A stretch of 17,266 nt of DNA from an uncultured Anaerolineaceae bacterium (GTDB taxonomy: Bacteria; Chloroflexota; Anaerolineae; Aggregatilineales; Phototrophicaceae): assembly GCA_964462905.1 (NCBI GenBank), contig CAYWZS010000090.1, forward strand, positions 1-17,266, read 5' to 3'. Position numbers and translations under genes: made by a program. The notes under the pieces are model-generated. The model made no database searches and had not been told where the DNA came from. It was given only the letters and a program-made list of their open reading frames with translations. The stretch's first letter is position 1; each line of letters starts with the position of its first letter. This document shows positions 7,881-15,548 of this stretch, piece by piece.

Positions 7881-7886
7881 TATACT
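7881..7886 (+). promoter_or_regulatory. TATACT -10-like hexamer upstream of the NfeD gene (weak promoter call)
   Basis: TATACT lies 39 nt upstream of the ATG at 7925. There is no convincing -35 (GGGCGC at -35 with a 17-nt spacer). The same hexamer recurs in two other predicted promoters in the window. Confidence 0.2.
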
Positions 7887-7924
7887 GGTCGTCAAGCAAG
7901 CGACACACGCGGAGCGTCTACACG

Positions 7925-8527
7925 ATGGCGTTGTTTTTCGGCACTTTGATGGGAATCGGCCTGTTGTACCTGCTGCTGGTGATTGCAGGTGGGCTGGGCG
8001 ATGTGTTCAACCTGGACGGCACGCTAGAGAGCATGGGCTTAGGCGGTCTGTTCGGGATTGATGACCTCTCCGGCATCGCAGACGCTGCGGATGCCGCTGA
8101 TGCCGCCGACGTGACCAGCGCGGGCGGCGAGGCGGAGGGCATCGGCTGTATGGTGCTGTCCGCGTTTATGGCGATGTTCGGCGCGGTTGGCCTTGTCGGG
8201 ACGCTCACCGGGCGTCCGCTGTGGATCACGTTGATCGTCGGCGTGGTGATGAGCTACGCCGTGGCGCGTTCCGTCGCGGAACTGCTCAAGTACGTGTTCC
8301 GCCAGCAGGACAACGACGCCTTCTCGATGAATGACCTCATCGGGATGACAGCGCGTTCAACCATCAAAGCCGACGCCGGGACCACAGGCGAGGTCATGGT
8401 GGAGCTTGGGCGTGTGCTCAAGTTCCCCGTGCGCGAGGTCAACGGGGCGGCGCTGGCCCGTGGCGATCAAGTGGTGGTCGTTGGCGTAGACGGGCGCTTT
8501 TTGGAAGTCGAAAAAATCACGACCTAG
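7925..8527 (+). CDS. NfeD-like membrane protein (short YuaF-type, C-terminal OB-fold), partner of flotillin
   Basis: 200 aa. N-terminal TM helices (LMGIGLLYLLLVIAGG; MVLSAFMAMFGAVGLVG; LWITLIVGVVMSYAV) and a C-terminal beta-rich domain (GTTGEVMVELGRVLKFPVREVNGAALARGDQVVVVGVDGRFLEVEKI) typical of the NfeD OB-fold. GGAGCG RBS 8 nt upstream. It sits immediately upstream of an SPFH/flotillin gene. Confidence 0.7.
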   Translation: MALFFGTLMGIGLLYLLLVIAGGLGDVFNLDGTLESMGLGGLFGIDDLSGIADAADAADAADVTSAGGEAEGIGCMVLSAFMAMFGAVGLVGTLTGRPLWITLIVGVVMSYAVARSVAELLKYVFRQQDNDAFSMNDLIGMTARSTIKADAGTTGEVMVELGRVLKFPVREVNGAALARGDQVVVVGVDGRFLEVEKITT

Positions 8528-8625
8528 TGTTCTGGACGGCAAATTGTAGTAACAGGGCTTGCCCTGGCTGCCGTGGACCAACACCGGACATACGATTGCG
8601 AACATGACTAGGGAGGCGAGAAATT

Positions 8626-10092
8626 ATGGACTTAGGCGGATTAATCATCATCGGCGTGATCGCGGTTATCGTCGTCGCGCTGATTAGCTGGATTCTGAGC
8701 TACTACCATCGCGTGCCACCGAGCAAGGCAATTGTGATCTTCGGTAGCGGCAAGCCACGCATCATCACCGGCAGCGGGGCCTTCGTGAAGCCCTTCGTCG
8801 AGGACTACAAAATGCTGGACCTCACGATTATCACGATTAAAACGGAAAAGGACGAGGTCTACACCCAGAGCGGCGTGCCAATCCAACTAGACTGGGTGGC
8901 CCAGGTGCAGATCGACAGCGAGGGGGCCGCACTCCAGACGGCGGCCCGTGCCTTCCTCGACAAAACCCGCGACGAAGTCCGTCAGGTTATCGAGGAAACC
9001 CTCAGCGCCAACTTCCGCGCCATCGTCGGCCAGATGAGTGTCGAGGGCATCCACCGCGACCGCGACACCTTCGTCCAGTCCGTGCAGAACCTCGCCAGTG
9101 ACGACGTGACCGCGATGGGCGTGCGGATCATCTCGATGGGTATCGAGGAGATTACAGACAACGAGGGCTATTTAGAGGCGATGGCCGCGCCACAGATTGC
9201 GGCGGTTAAACGTGACGCCAAGATCGCGCAGGCTGAGGCCGAGCGTGCGGCACGGGTCAAGGCGGCAACTGCCACGCGAGAGGCAGACCAGGCCGAACTC
9301 GAAGCCCAGCGCGAGACACTGGCCCAACGGGAGGCGCTGTCGCTGCGTGAGGTCGAGGTTAAGCGTAAGGTGGAGATTGACGAGGCCGAGGCAGACCAAG
9401 AGGTCCAGCGGACCCGCGCCCGCGCTGTTGAACAGCGTCAGGAGGCCGAGGTACTGGTTCCGGCGCGTGCCAAGAAACAGGCCATCGAGATTCAGGCGGA
9501 GGCCGAACGCCGTCGCATCCAGCTAGAGGCGGAGGCAGACGCGCTTGCCACCCGTGAACGCGCCAACGCTGAGGCCGAGGCTACCGAGAAACGCGGTCTA
9601 GCAGAGGCCACCGCCTTCGAGGCGCAACGCCGCGCGGAGGCCGAGGGTGAGAAGGCCCGCCTGCTGGCAGAGGCCGAAGGTCGCCGTGAACTGGCCGCCG
9701 CCACCGCCGCCGAAGACTCCATCAACCTGCGTCAGTTTATCATTGAGGAGGTGACCAAGGCCGATGTGGCTAAGGTTCAGGCGATTGCAGAGGCGCTGGC
9801 CGGGCTGGGTGGTAACGTGCGTGTCGTGCAATTCGGTGATAGCGGCAGCGGCGGGAGCGGCAACACCTTCATGAACCTGCTGATGGAAATTCCCGAAGTT
9901 GCTGACATGTTCCGTACCAAGGTGGAGGCCCTCAGCGGCGAGGACTTTAACCAGACCATCGAACGCATGATGATGATGTTCAACAGCCTCAAAGGGGTAG
10001 ATGTAGACGACTTTGGCGGTATGGGCAACCCCAGTAACAGCACCAACGGCACCACGATTATCCCGCCAGATGACAGCGGCACGGTGTCCTAG
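8626..10092 (+). CDS. Flotillin-like SPFH/band-7 protein (FloT/YuaG-like)
   Basis: GGGAGG RBS before ATG 8626. N-terminal TM helix (LIIIGVIAVIVVALISWIL), an SPFH domain, a long Glu/Ala-rich coiled-coil region (AEAERAARVKAA...EAEAERRRIQLEAEADALATRE...), then a C-terminal flotillin tail. 488 aa. Confidence 0.85.
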   Translation: MDLGGLIIIGVIAVIVVALISWILSYYHRVPPSKAIVIFGSGKPRIITGSGAFVKPFVEDYKMLDLTIITIKTEKDEVYTQSGVPIQLDWVAQVQIDSEGAALQTAARAFLDKTRDEVRQVIEETLSANFRAIVGQMSVEGIHRDRDTFVQSVQNLASDDVTAMGVRIISMGIEEITDNEGYLEAMAAPQIAAVKRDAKIAQAEAERAARVKAATATREADQAELEAQRETLAQREALSLREVEVKRKVEIDEAEADQEVQRTRARAVEQRQEAEVLVPARAKKQAIEIQAEAERRRIQLEAEADALATRERANAEAEATEKRGLAEATAFEAQRRAEAEGEKARLLAEAEGRRELAAATAAEDSINLRQFIIEEVTKADVAKVQAIAEALAGLGGNVRVVQFGDSGSGGSGNTFMNLLMEIPEVADMFRTKVEALSGEDFNQTIERMMMMFNSLKGVDVDDFGGMGNPSNSTNGTTIIPPDDSGTVS

Positions 10093-10114
10093 CACGACAC
10101 CATGAGGTGACGGG

Positions 10115-11002
10115 TCAATCCCTGTCGTGGTTGAACGTCACCTCAATCGCCCGCACAATCATCGACAATGTCAACGTTAGCACGAGGTAGGTCATGGTGA
10201 TGATGTTGTAGGCCGGGAAAATTGTGAAGGTGGCGGAGTTGAAGTTCCGCGCCAAACGGGTGATGTCGTCCACACCGACGATAGACACCAATGAGCTTTC
10301 CTTCAACATCGCGATGAAATCGTTGCCCAGCGGCGGCAACATATTGCGAATCGCCTGGGGCAGCACAATATAGCGGTTCACCTGCCATGTTGACATGCCC
10401 AGGCTGCGCCCGGCCTCGCGCTGGCCGTCGCTGACGCTCTCGATCCCCGCCCGGAACACCTCCGACAAAAACGCACTATACGACACCGCCAGCGCCACAA
10501 TCGCCCGCAGTTCAAAGCCAATGTCACGGGTTCGCATGGTGGCAAGGTTCTCACTCAGGCCGCCGAGGGTTGCCCCCTGCGCCACCAACCCCTCCCCCAA
10601 CATGTTCAGCAGGCCAATCCCCTGTGGAATGAGCGCCAACACGATGTACAACAGCAAGACGAGCGTCGGAATACCGCGAATGATCTCCACGTAGAAGGTC
10701 ACAGGCTGGTAGACGAGGATGTTATAGGCTACAGACTGCGACGGACGGCGCAACAGCGCGATGACAAGGCCCATCAACAACGCAAGGCTGTAGGCAATCA
10801 GCGTCACGCGGATGGTGACGAAGATGCCGACCTGCACGTCCTCCCAGGCTTCCGCGTAGAGCACATTGTCCGACACGGTGATAACCAGCGCCAGCACCAG
10901 CACCAGGATCGCCAGCAACCACCACGGGGCGCGGGACAAGCGCCGGATAATGATGTTCGACCTCTGCGGGTTGGGGCGAGACTCAGAGTAGTGTTGGTTC
11001 AT
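10115..11002 (-). CDS. Polar amino-acid ABC transporter permease (HisM/GlnP family)
   Basis: 295 aa with multiple TM segments and an EAA-loop motif (REAGRSLGMSTWQVNRYIVLPQAIRNMLPPLGN). ATG at 11002-11000 with GAGGTGA RBS upstream on the minus strand. Confidence 0.85.
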   Translation of the reverse strand: MNQHYSESRPNPQRSNIIIRRLSRAPWWLLAILVLVLALVITVSDNVLYAEAWEDVQVGIFVTIRVTLIAYSLALLMGLVIALLRRPSQSVAYNILVYQPVTFYVEIIRGIPTLVLLLYIVLALIPQGIGLLNMLGEGLVAQGATLGGLSENLATMRTRDIGFELRAIVALAVSYSAFLSEVFRAGIESVSDGQREAGRSLGMSTWQVNRYIVLPQAIRNMLPPLGNDFIAMLKESSLVSIVGVDDITRLARNFNSATFTIFPAYNIITMTYLVLTLTLSMIVRAIEVTFNHDRD

Positions 11003-11105
11003 GGTGGCATCACCTCACCCCCAACCCCCTCTCCATCATGAAGAAGGGGGCTTAGGTAGCTATTCACAAGGTAAACAAGTTGGCGGGGGTGGGGGGCTGT
11101 TAGGT

Positions 11106-11936
11106 TTATTCGCCAGCCAGCGGGGTGAAGTCCACGGACCACTTGTAGACGAGATAGTCCATGTAGCCGTCGTCGATCATGCTTTGCAGTGCCTCGTTCA
11201 TCGGGCCGACGATCTCGCTGCCCATCGGGAAGATGAAACCCATGTCCACCGGGTCCGCGACCGGTGGGCCGACCAGTTCAAACAGGTCGCCGGTGCTACT
11301 GACAAACTCACCGCCGAAGGCGTCCACGACCATTGTGTCAATGTCGCCCGCCTCCAGGGCTACCAGCAACGCGCCGAACTCCTCAAACGTCACGATCTGG
11401 TCTTCCGGGACAGCGAAGGCATCCGGGCCAGCGAGGAACTGGCCGAAGGAACCGTTCTGCACGCCGATCAGCATATCTTCCTCAGCGGCAACTTCAGCGA
11501 AGTTGGTGAAGTCCGTGAAACGGTCCTCACCCGCACGGGCCAGCAGGTAGGCCTCAGCCTGGGAGTACGGGATGCTGAAGTCATAGATTTCCTGGCGCTC
11601 CTCGGTGATGAACAGGCCGTTCATCGCCATGTCGTACTCACCGTTGGCGGTCCCGGAAAGCTGAATGTCGAAGGTGGTGTTCTCGTAGGCCGGGACGCAG
11701 TTGATGCGGGAACAAGCCTCATCCACGATGTCGTACTCAAACCCGATGGGGCCTTCCGCACGCGGGTCTACGAACTGGTACGGGGTGTAGAGATTCTCAA
11801 CAGCGATCAGCACCTCAGCGCCTTCCAGGTCCGGCAGGTCATCGTAAACGGCGGGGTTCGCCAGGGCGACCATCGGCAAAGCGGCCAGCAACAGGGCTAC
11901 GGTCAAGATTATGTGCAGTTTTTTGGACATGGGCAT
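11106..11936 (-). CDS. Amino-acid ABC transporter substrate-binding protein (family 3 SBP) with signal peptide
   Basis: N-terminal signal peptide MPMSKKLHIILTVALLLAALPMVALA. The translation is acidic and alignable to the polar amino-acid-binding SBP fold. It sits directly upstream (same strand) of the permease with a 103-nt gap. Confidence 0.75.
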   Translation of the reverse strand: MPMSKKLHIILTVALLLAALPMVALANPAVYDDLPDLEGAEVLIAVENLYTPYQFVDPRAEGPIGFEYDIVDEACSRINCVPAYENTTFDIQLSGTANGEYDMAMNGLFITEERQEIYDFSIPYSQAEAYLLARAGEDRFTDFTNFAEVAAEEDMLIGVQNGSFGQFLAGPDAFAVPEDQIVTFEEFGALLVALEAGDIDTMVVDAFGGEFVSSTGDLFELVGPPVADPVDMGFIFPMGSEIVGPMNEALQSMIDDGYMDYLVYKWSVDFTPLAGE

Positions 11937-11971
11937 CTCTCACTAAATAGGTTGTTGTTTGGACGCGGCAA

Positions 11972-12000
11972 AATTTAACATATTTGCGGGGACGAGGCAA
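11972..12000 (-). promoter_or_regulatory. Candidate promoter for the amino-acid SBP/permease operon (TTGCCT-N17-TAAATT on the minus strand)
   Basis: On the minus strand, TTGCCT (+ coordinates 11995-12000), a 17-nt spacer, then TAAATT (11972-11977). This is about 36 nt upstream of the ATG at 11936. It overlaps an imperfect inverted repeat GCAAAAT..ATATTTGC. Confidence 0.35.
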
Positions 12001-12033
12001 CCAAGTTGCGCTGGGACCCCTGCATTTCGGCGC

Positions 12034-12061
12034 TTGTCGGTCTAAAGGCGCGTGTTATACT
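12034..12061 (+). promoter_or_regulatory. Candidate promoter for the Trm112-like/MerR operon (TTGTCG-N16-TATACT, with TGT upstream of the -10)
   Basis: TTGTCG 12034-12039, a 16-nt spacer, TATACT 12056-12061. The GTGT preceding the hexamer gives a TGn extended -10-like context. It lies about 40 nt upstream of ATG 12102. Confidence 0.45.
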
Positions 12062-12101
12062 CGCAAGCTGAAGCGATACCGATATGCAAGGAAAGCCTTT
12101 C

Positions 12102-12347
12102 ATGAAAGCCCCAAAACTCAGCCAGGACCTCTTAGACATGCTACGTTGCCCGGTCGGTGTGCAGATGGAAGGGGAGAACCCCGGCGCATTAACCGTAGAG
12201 CGTGACGGCTGGTGGCTGGTATGTGCCGCAACCCAGCATAAGTACCCGGTGCGGAACGGCATCCCGGATATGTTGCCGGACTCTGGCGCGGCCTGGGCCG
12301 AAACGGACGTGGCCGACCTCCCCGTCCCCCCGCCGGACGCCACCTAA
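12102..12347 (+). CDS. Trm112-like small protein (UPF0434/YcaR family)
   Basis: MKAPKLSQDLLDMLRCPVG...LVCAATQHKYPVRNGIPDMLPD matches the Trm112/YcaR pattern (LL.IL.CP.C....LiC......YPi.dGIP.mL). AAGGAAAG RBS 6 nt upstream of ATG 12102. The ORF-track start at 12084 has no RBS. 81 aa. Confidence 0.75.
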   Translation: MKAPKLSQDLLDMLRCPVGVQMEGENPGALTVERDGWWLVCAATQHKYPVRNGIPDMLPDSGAAWAETDVADLPVPPPDAT

Positions 12348-12359
12348 CGCGCCCCGCTC

Positions 12360-13178
12360 GTGTTCAAAATCGGCGAATTTGCCGCCCTCACGCAGATCGC
12401 TGTTAGCCAGCTCCGCTACTACGACGAGATCGACCTGTTTAAGCCGGCCCATGTGGCCCCAGACAGCGGCTACCGCTACTACAGCGCCGACCAAATCCCG
12501 ATGTTGGACCGCATCATCGTGTTGCGTGAACTCGGCTTCTCGCTGGACCAGATTCGCGACCTACAGCAACAGCACATCACCCAGGCGGAAATCTGGCGGC
12601 TTCTGGCGGAGCGCCGCGAGCAGATCATCCAGAATGTGCGCGAGGAGATTGCCCGCCTCCGGCAACTCGAAACACGGCTGGAACAGTTCGCCAACCACGG
12701 CGACCCCTTCGCCGTGGCCCACCGTGTCATCGTCAAGCAGGTGCCAGCACAGCCCTACCTCTACACAACCAGCGCCGATGCCCATGACCACGAAACCCGG
12801 ATCGTGGACTTGTACGCCGCCCGGCACGAGGTCCGCACCCGGAAGCAATTGCTGGCGGTGCTGCACGACACCCGCGCCGCCTTCCCCTATGAAATTGGCT
12901 ATGTGGTAGACGGGCGGGTACGACAGGGTACCACGCTCCCCAGCGGGATGACGTTGGCGCTGCGGACACTCCCCGCTGTGCAGGAGATGGCGTCGCTGGT
13001 GTACGCGGGGCGCTGGAACGACAGCCACGCGGCGACGGCAACGCTCGGCTTATGGCTAGAGCAGCACGACTACCGCATTAGTGGGCCGTTTCGGAAGGTG
13101 TTTCTGCAAACAGGCAACCCCATTACGGATGCGCGATCCGTCGTGGAGCTACAAATTCCAATCACGCCAAAGGCGTAA
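12360..13178 (+). CDS. MerR-family transcriptional regulator with C-terminal GyrI-like effector-binding domain (BmrR/Mta-like architecture)
   Basis: GTG start 12360 giving MFKIGEFAALTQIAVSQLRYYDEIDLFKP...YRYYSADQIPMLDRIIVLRELGFSLDQIR, the canonical MerR HTH plus coiled-coil dimerisation helix (RLRQLETRLEQF). The ~150-aa C-terminal domain is consistent with a GyrI-like fold. It lies 12 nt downstream of the Trm112-like gene. Confidence 0.8.
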   Translation: MFKIGEFAALTQIAVSQLRYYDEIDLFKPAHVAPDSGYRYYSADQIPMLDRIIVLRELGFSLDQIRDLQQQHITQAEIWRLLAERREQIIQNVREEIARLRQLETRLEQFANHGDPFAVAHRVIVKQVPAQPYLYTTSADAHDHETRIVDLYAARHEVRTRKQLLAVLHDTRAAFPYEIGYVVDGRVRQGTTLPSGMTLALRTLPAVQEMASLVYAGRWNDSHAATATLGLWLEQHDYRISGPFRKVFLQTGNPITDARSVVELQIPITPKA

Positions 13179-14436
13179 GCGGTTGCGTGCTCTTCGGCTT
13201 ACGGCGTGCAAACTGCACCAGCCCCCGCTGGCCGTTGTGCCGCCAGTGAGCATCCGTTGCGTCTAAGGTGCGGACTTGCTCCTCCGCCAGCCCCACAACC
13301 GGGTCACTCTTGAGGGTTCGCAGCGCCACCAGCGGCGAGGGGAACCCCCCCATCACCTCCGTAAAATCCGTGGTCGGGTCCCACAGCGCGTCCCCCACAA
13401 AGCGGCGGTAGTTGGCGTCGCCCTTGAGCACAACGATATTGCTGTCGTCGAACACTCGCTGTAGCTGACGCGGCATGTCCCAGGCAAAGTTGGCACTGTT
13501 CCAGAACAGGTTCGCCGCCAGCCGCAGCCGTCCCTCATCGAAGGCCACTTGTAGGCGTTCGCCGAGTTTGCTGATGACAGATGACGGCTTGAGGCCGCCA
13601 TGTGGCCCCCGGATGAAGCGTTGGATCAGGTCGCGCACGTCGGCGTTGGTCGCATCGCTAACAAACGTTGGGAAGACCTTGGTGTGCAGGGTGAGCACAT
13701 CGCAGAAACCCACGAGTAGCGTGTCCGCCAGGACAAGGTCCATCGCCAGTTCAGCGCCGGCGTTGTCCAGGATGATATGCCCCACACCACGCTCGGCCTC
13801 TGGGAAGTAAGCCAGGCTAGACCGCATCAGGTGGTCTAGCACCTGTTCGGCGTCGTCCACCAACAAGTCATCGGTCGAAGCATCCGTCCCGCGTTCGGCG
13901 GCGGCGGCATAGCTCAGGTCCATGCGGTTGCCCCAGGTCGCGAAGTGCAACAGCCTCGGCAGGCGGTCATAGGCCCCACCTGGCACGGCCAGCGCTTCCT
14001 CCAACAGTACCCACATATCATCGCGCAACATTTCGGCTGCTTTGATCGGTCCGTAGGGGTCGCGCCCGGTTTCTGGGTAGCGCGATAGTTCCACAATCAG
14101 CCGAAACAGCATCGTCTCCGCAAAGAACCAGTCCGTATTCAGCCAGGTGAGCCGCTTTGCCTCCTGGCGCATCCCGCCCCGGTTTACCTGTTGCGAGGCC
14201 CAGTCGATATAGTCCGGCGGGGGGGTGGGGAACAGGTTCAGCATGAGAATGGGCGCGTTGTTTTGCAGGTCTTGGCGCAACAACAGCAACTCCTCAACGA
14301 TGATCGGCGAGAAGTCCGGGTTGGCGTCAATCACCTCCTGGATCATCTGGGGCTGGCGCTCACGCATAGTTTGGTGGGCGAAGGGGTTGGTGCCATCAGT
14401 GCGGATGGGTGGGGGTAGGTTTTGGGGGGCGGGCAT
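13162..14436 (-). CDS. DUF89 / ARMT1-like metal-dependent damage-control phosphatase
   Basis: Metal-binding motif ILDNAGAELAMDLVLAD (DN.G.E...D) and VVLKGDANYRRFVGD (KGD.NYRR) characteristic of DUF89. Start ATG 14436 (MPAPQNL...) is preferred because GGAG lies about 10 nt upstream. The longer 14478 start has no RBS. Its 3' end overlaps the MerR gene 3' end by 17 nt, convergently. Confidence 0.7.
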   Translation of the reverse strand: MPAPQNLPPPIRTDGTNPFAHQTMRERQPQMIQEVIDANPDFSPIIVEELLLLRQDLQNNAPILMLNLFPTPPPDYIDWASQQVNRGGMRQEAKRLTWLNTDWFFAETMLFRLIVELSRYPETGRDPYGPIKAAEMLRDDMWVLLEEALAVPGGAYDRLPRLLHFATWGNRMDLSYAAAAERGTDASTDDLLVDDAEQVLDHLMRSSLAYFPEAERGVGHIILDNAGAELAMDLVLADTLLVGFCDVLTLHTKVFPTFVSDATNADVRDLIQRFIRGPHGGLKPSSVISKLGERLQVAFDEGRLRLAANLFWNSANFAWDMPRQLQRVFDDSNIVVLKGDANYRRFVGDALWDPTTDFTEVMGGFPSPLVALRTLKSDPVVGLAEEQVRTLDATDAHWRHNGQRGLVQFARRKPKSTQPLTPLA

Positions 14437-14509
14437 AGGCAACAACTCCAAGGACAAAAACAGGGTACAGCGCACCATTTTAGCGGATGTGTGGTGAATG
14501 CCCCACCAT

Positions 14510-14538
14510 TTACACCCGGCACAGCCCTGTGATAGTAT
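14510..14538 (+). promoter_or_regulatory. Candidate rpsB promoter TTACAC-N17-TAGTAT (TGaTAGTAT, extended -10-like), giving a ~140-nt leader
   Basis: TTACAC 14510-14515, a 17-nt spacer, TAGTAT 14533-14538 preceded by TGA. The structured leader 14545-14684 contains hairpins GGTGC-caaccta-GCACC and TCCCCCC-tgataa-AGGGGA. Confidence 0.4.
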
Positions 14539-14684
14539 ATCCCCCGGTTTGGTGCCAACCTAGCACCGCCAAAAAATCCCACTTACCTGGACCCGATGCG
14601 TGTTGTCCCCCCTGATAAAGGGGATTCCAGTCGGGGCGGAAGGGTAAGCACGCGAATAAACACAGGCACAATTTAGGAGAAAAC

Positions 14685-15548
14685 ATGCCTTCCCAAGTTA
14701 CACTACGGAATATGCTTGAGGTGGGTGTTCACTTTGGACACCGCATCCAGAAGTGGAACCCGAAGATGAACCCGTACATCTTCACCCAACGCAACGGGAT
14801 CCACATCCTCGACTTGCAACAGACCATCAAGAACCTGCACGAATACCACGATATGATCCGCGACCTGGTAGCAGGCGGCGGCACCGTGTTGTTCGTGGGG
14901 ACCAAGCGCCAGGCCGCCGAAACCATTCGCCAGGAGGCCAACCGCTGCGGGATGCCCTACGTCAACCACCGCTGGCTCGGTGGGACGCTCACCAACTGGG
15001 AGACGATTCGCCGCCGTATTGACGCGCTGAAATCGCTTGAAAAGGAGCGCGACAGTGGCCGCTGGGAGTTACTGCCGAAGAAGGAGCAGCTGATGAAGCA
15101 GCGCGAGGTTGAGAAGCTGCAACTGCGCCTGGGCGGTATTCGCAACATGAAGCGTGTCCCGGACATGGTGTTCGTGGTGGACGCCATGCGTGAGGACACC
15201 GCCATCAACGAGTGCAACATCCTGGGCCTCCCAGTAATGGCGCTGTTGGACACCAACGGCAACCCGGACACCATAGACTATATCCTCCCCGCTAACGACG
15301 ACGCCATGCGGGCAATCAAGCTGATGGTGGCCGCAGTGGCGGACGCAGTCCTGGCGGGCCGGGCTATGCGCAAGGGTGAGGACGCCGAGGACGACACCTT
15401 CGACACCATGGCACAGGTGAACCTGGACCGCTTCGATGACAGTAACGACGACGAGGACGAGGGCAGCGACGAGCAATATCTGGGCCAGTCCACCCTGGAA
15501 AAGATCCGCAGCCAGCGCCTCAACGATGATGAGGACAGCGACGAGTAA
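14685..15548 (+). CDS. rpsB: 30S ribosomal protein S2 with acidic C-terminal extension
   Basis: MPSQVTLRNMLEVGVHFGHRIQKWNPKMNPYIF...LGGTLTNW... is an unambiguous S2. AGGAG RBS. The C-terminal ~50 aa are Asp/Glu-rich (DDSNDDEDEGSDEQ...NDDEDSDE). Confidence 0.95.
   Translation: MPSQVTLRNMLEVGVHFGHRIQKWNPKMNPYIFTQRNGIHILDLQQTIKNLHEYHDMIRDLVAGGGTVLFVGTKRQAAETIRQEANRCGMPYVNHRWLGGTLTNWETIRRRIDALKSLEKERDSGRWELLPKKEQLMKQREVEKLQLRLGGIRNMKRVPDMVFVVDAMREDTAINECNILGLPVMALLDTNGNPDTIDYILPANDDAMRAIKLMVAAVADAVLAGRAMRKGEDAEDDTFDTMAQVNLDRFDDSNDDEDEGSDEQYLGQSTLEKIRSQRLNDDEDSDE

Noticed and set aside
8078-8110. Tandem triplet-level repeat gcagacgct gcggatgcc gctgatgcc gccgac encoding ADAADAADAAD in NfeD
   Set aside because: Short in-frame low-complexity linker between TM segments. 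There is no evidence of a repeat-expansion locus or mobile element.
9180-9720. Possible DNA repeat array within the flotillin gene (recurrent GAGGCCGAG / GAGGCGGAG)
   Set aside because: It reflects the Glu/Ala-rich coiled coil (EAEAER...) at the protein level. There are no regular spacers. It is not a CRISPR array or tandem DNA repeat.
12084-12101. ATG 12084 as start of the Trm112-like gene
   Set aside because: It overlaps the RBS that serves ATG 12102 and has no RBS of its own.
14437-14478. Longer start (14478) for the DUF89 gene
   Set aside because: No Shine-Dalgarno upstream, and the N-terminal 14 aa (MVRCTLFLSLELLP) are not DUF89-like. ATG 14436 has GGAG about 10 nt upstream. Kept as uncertainty.
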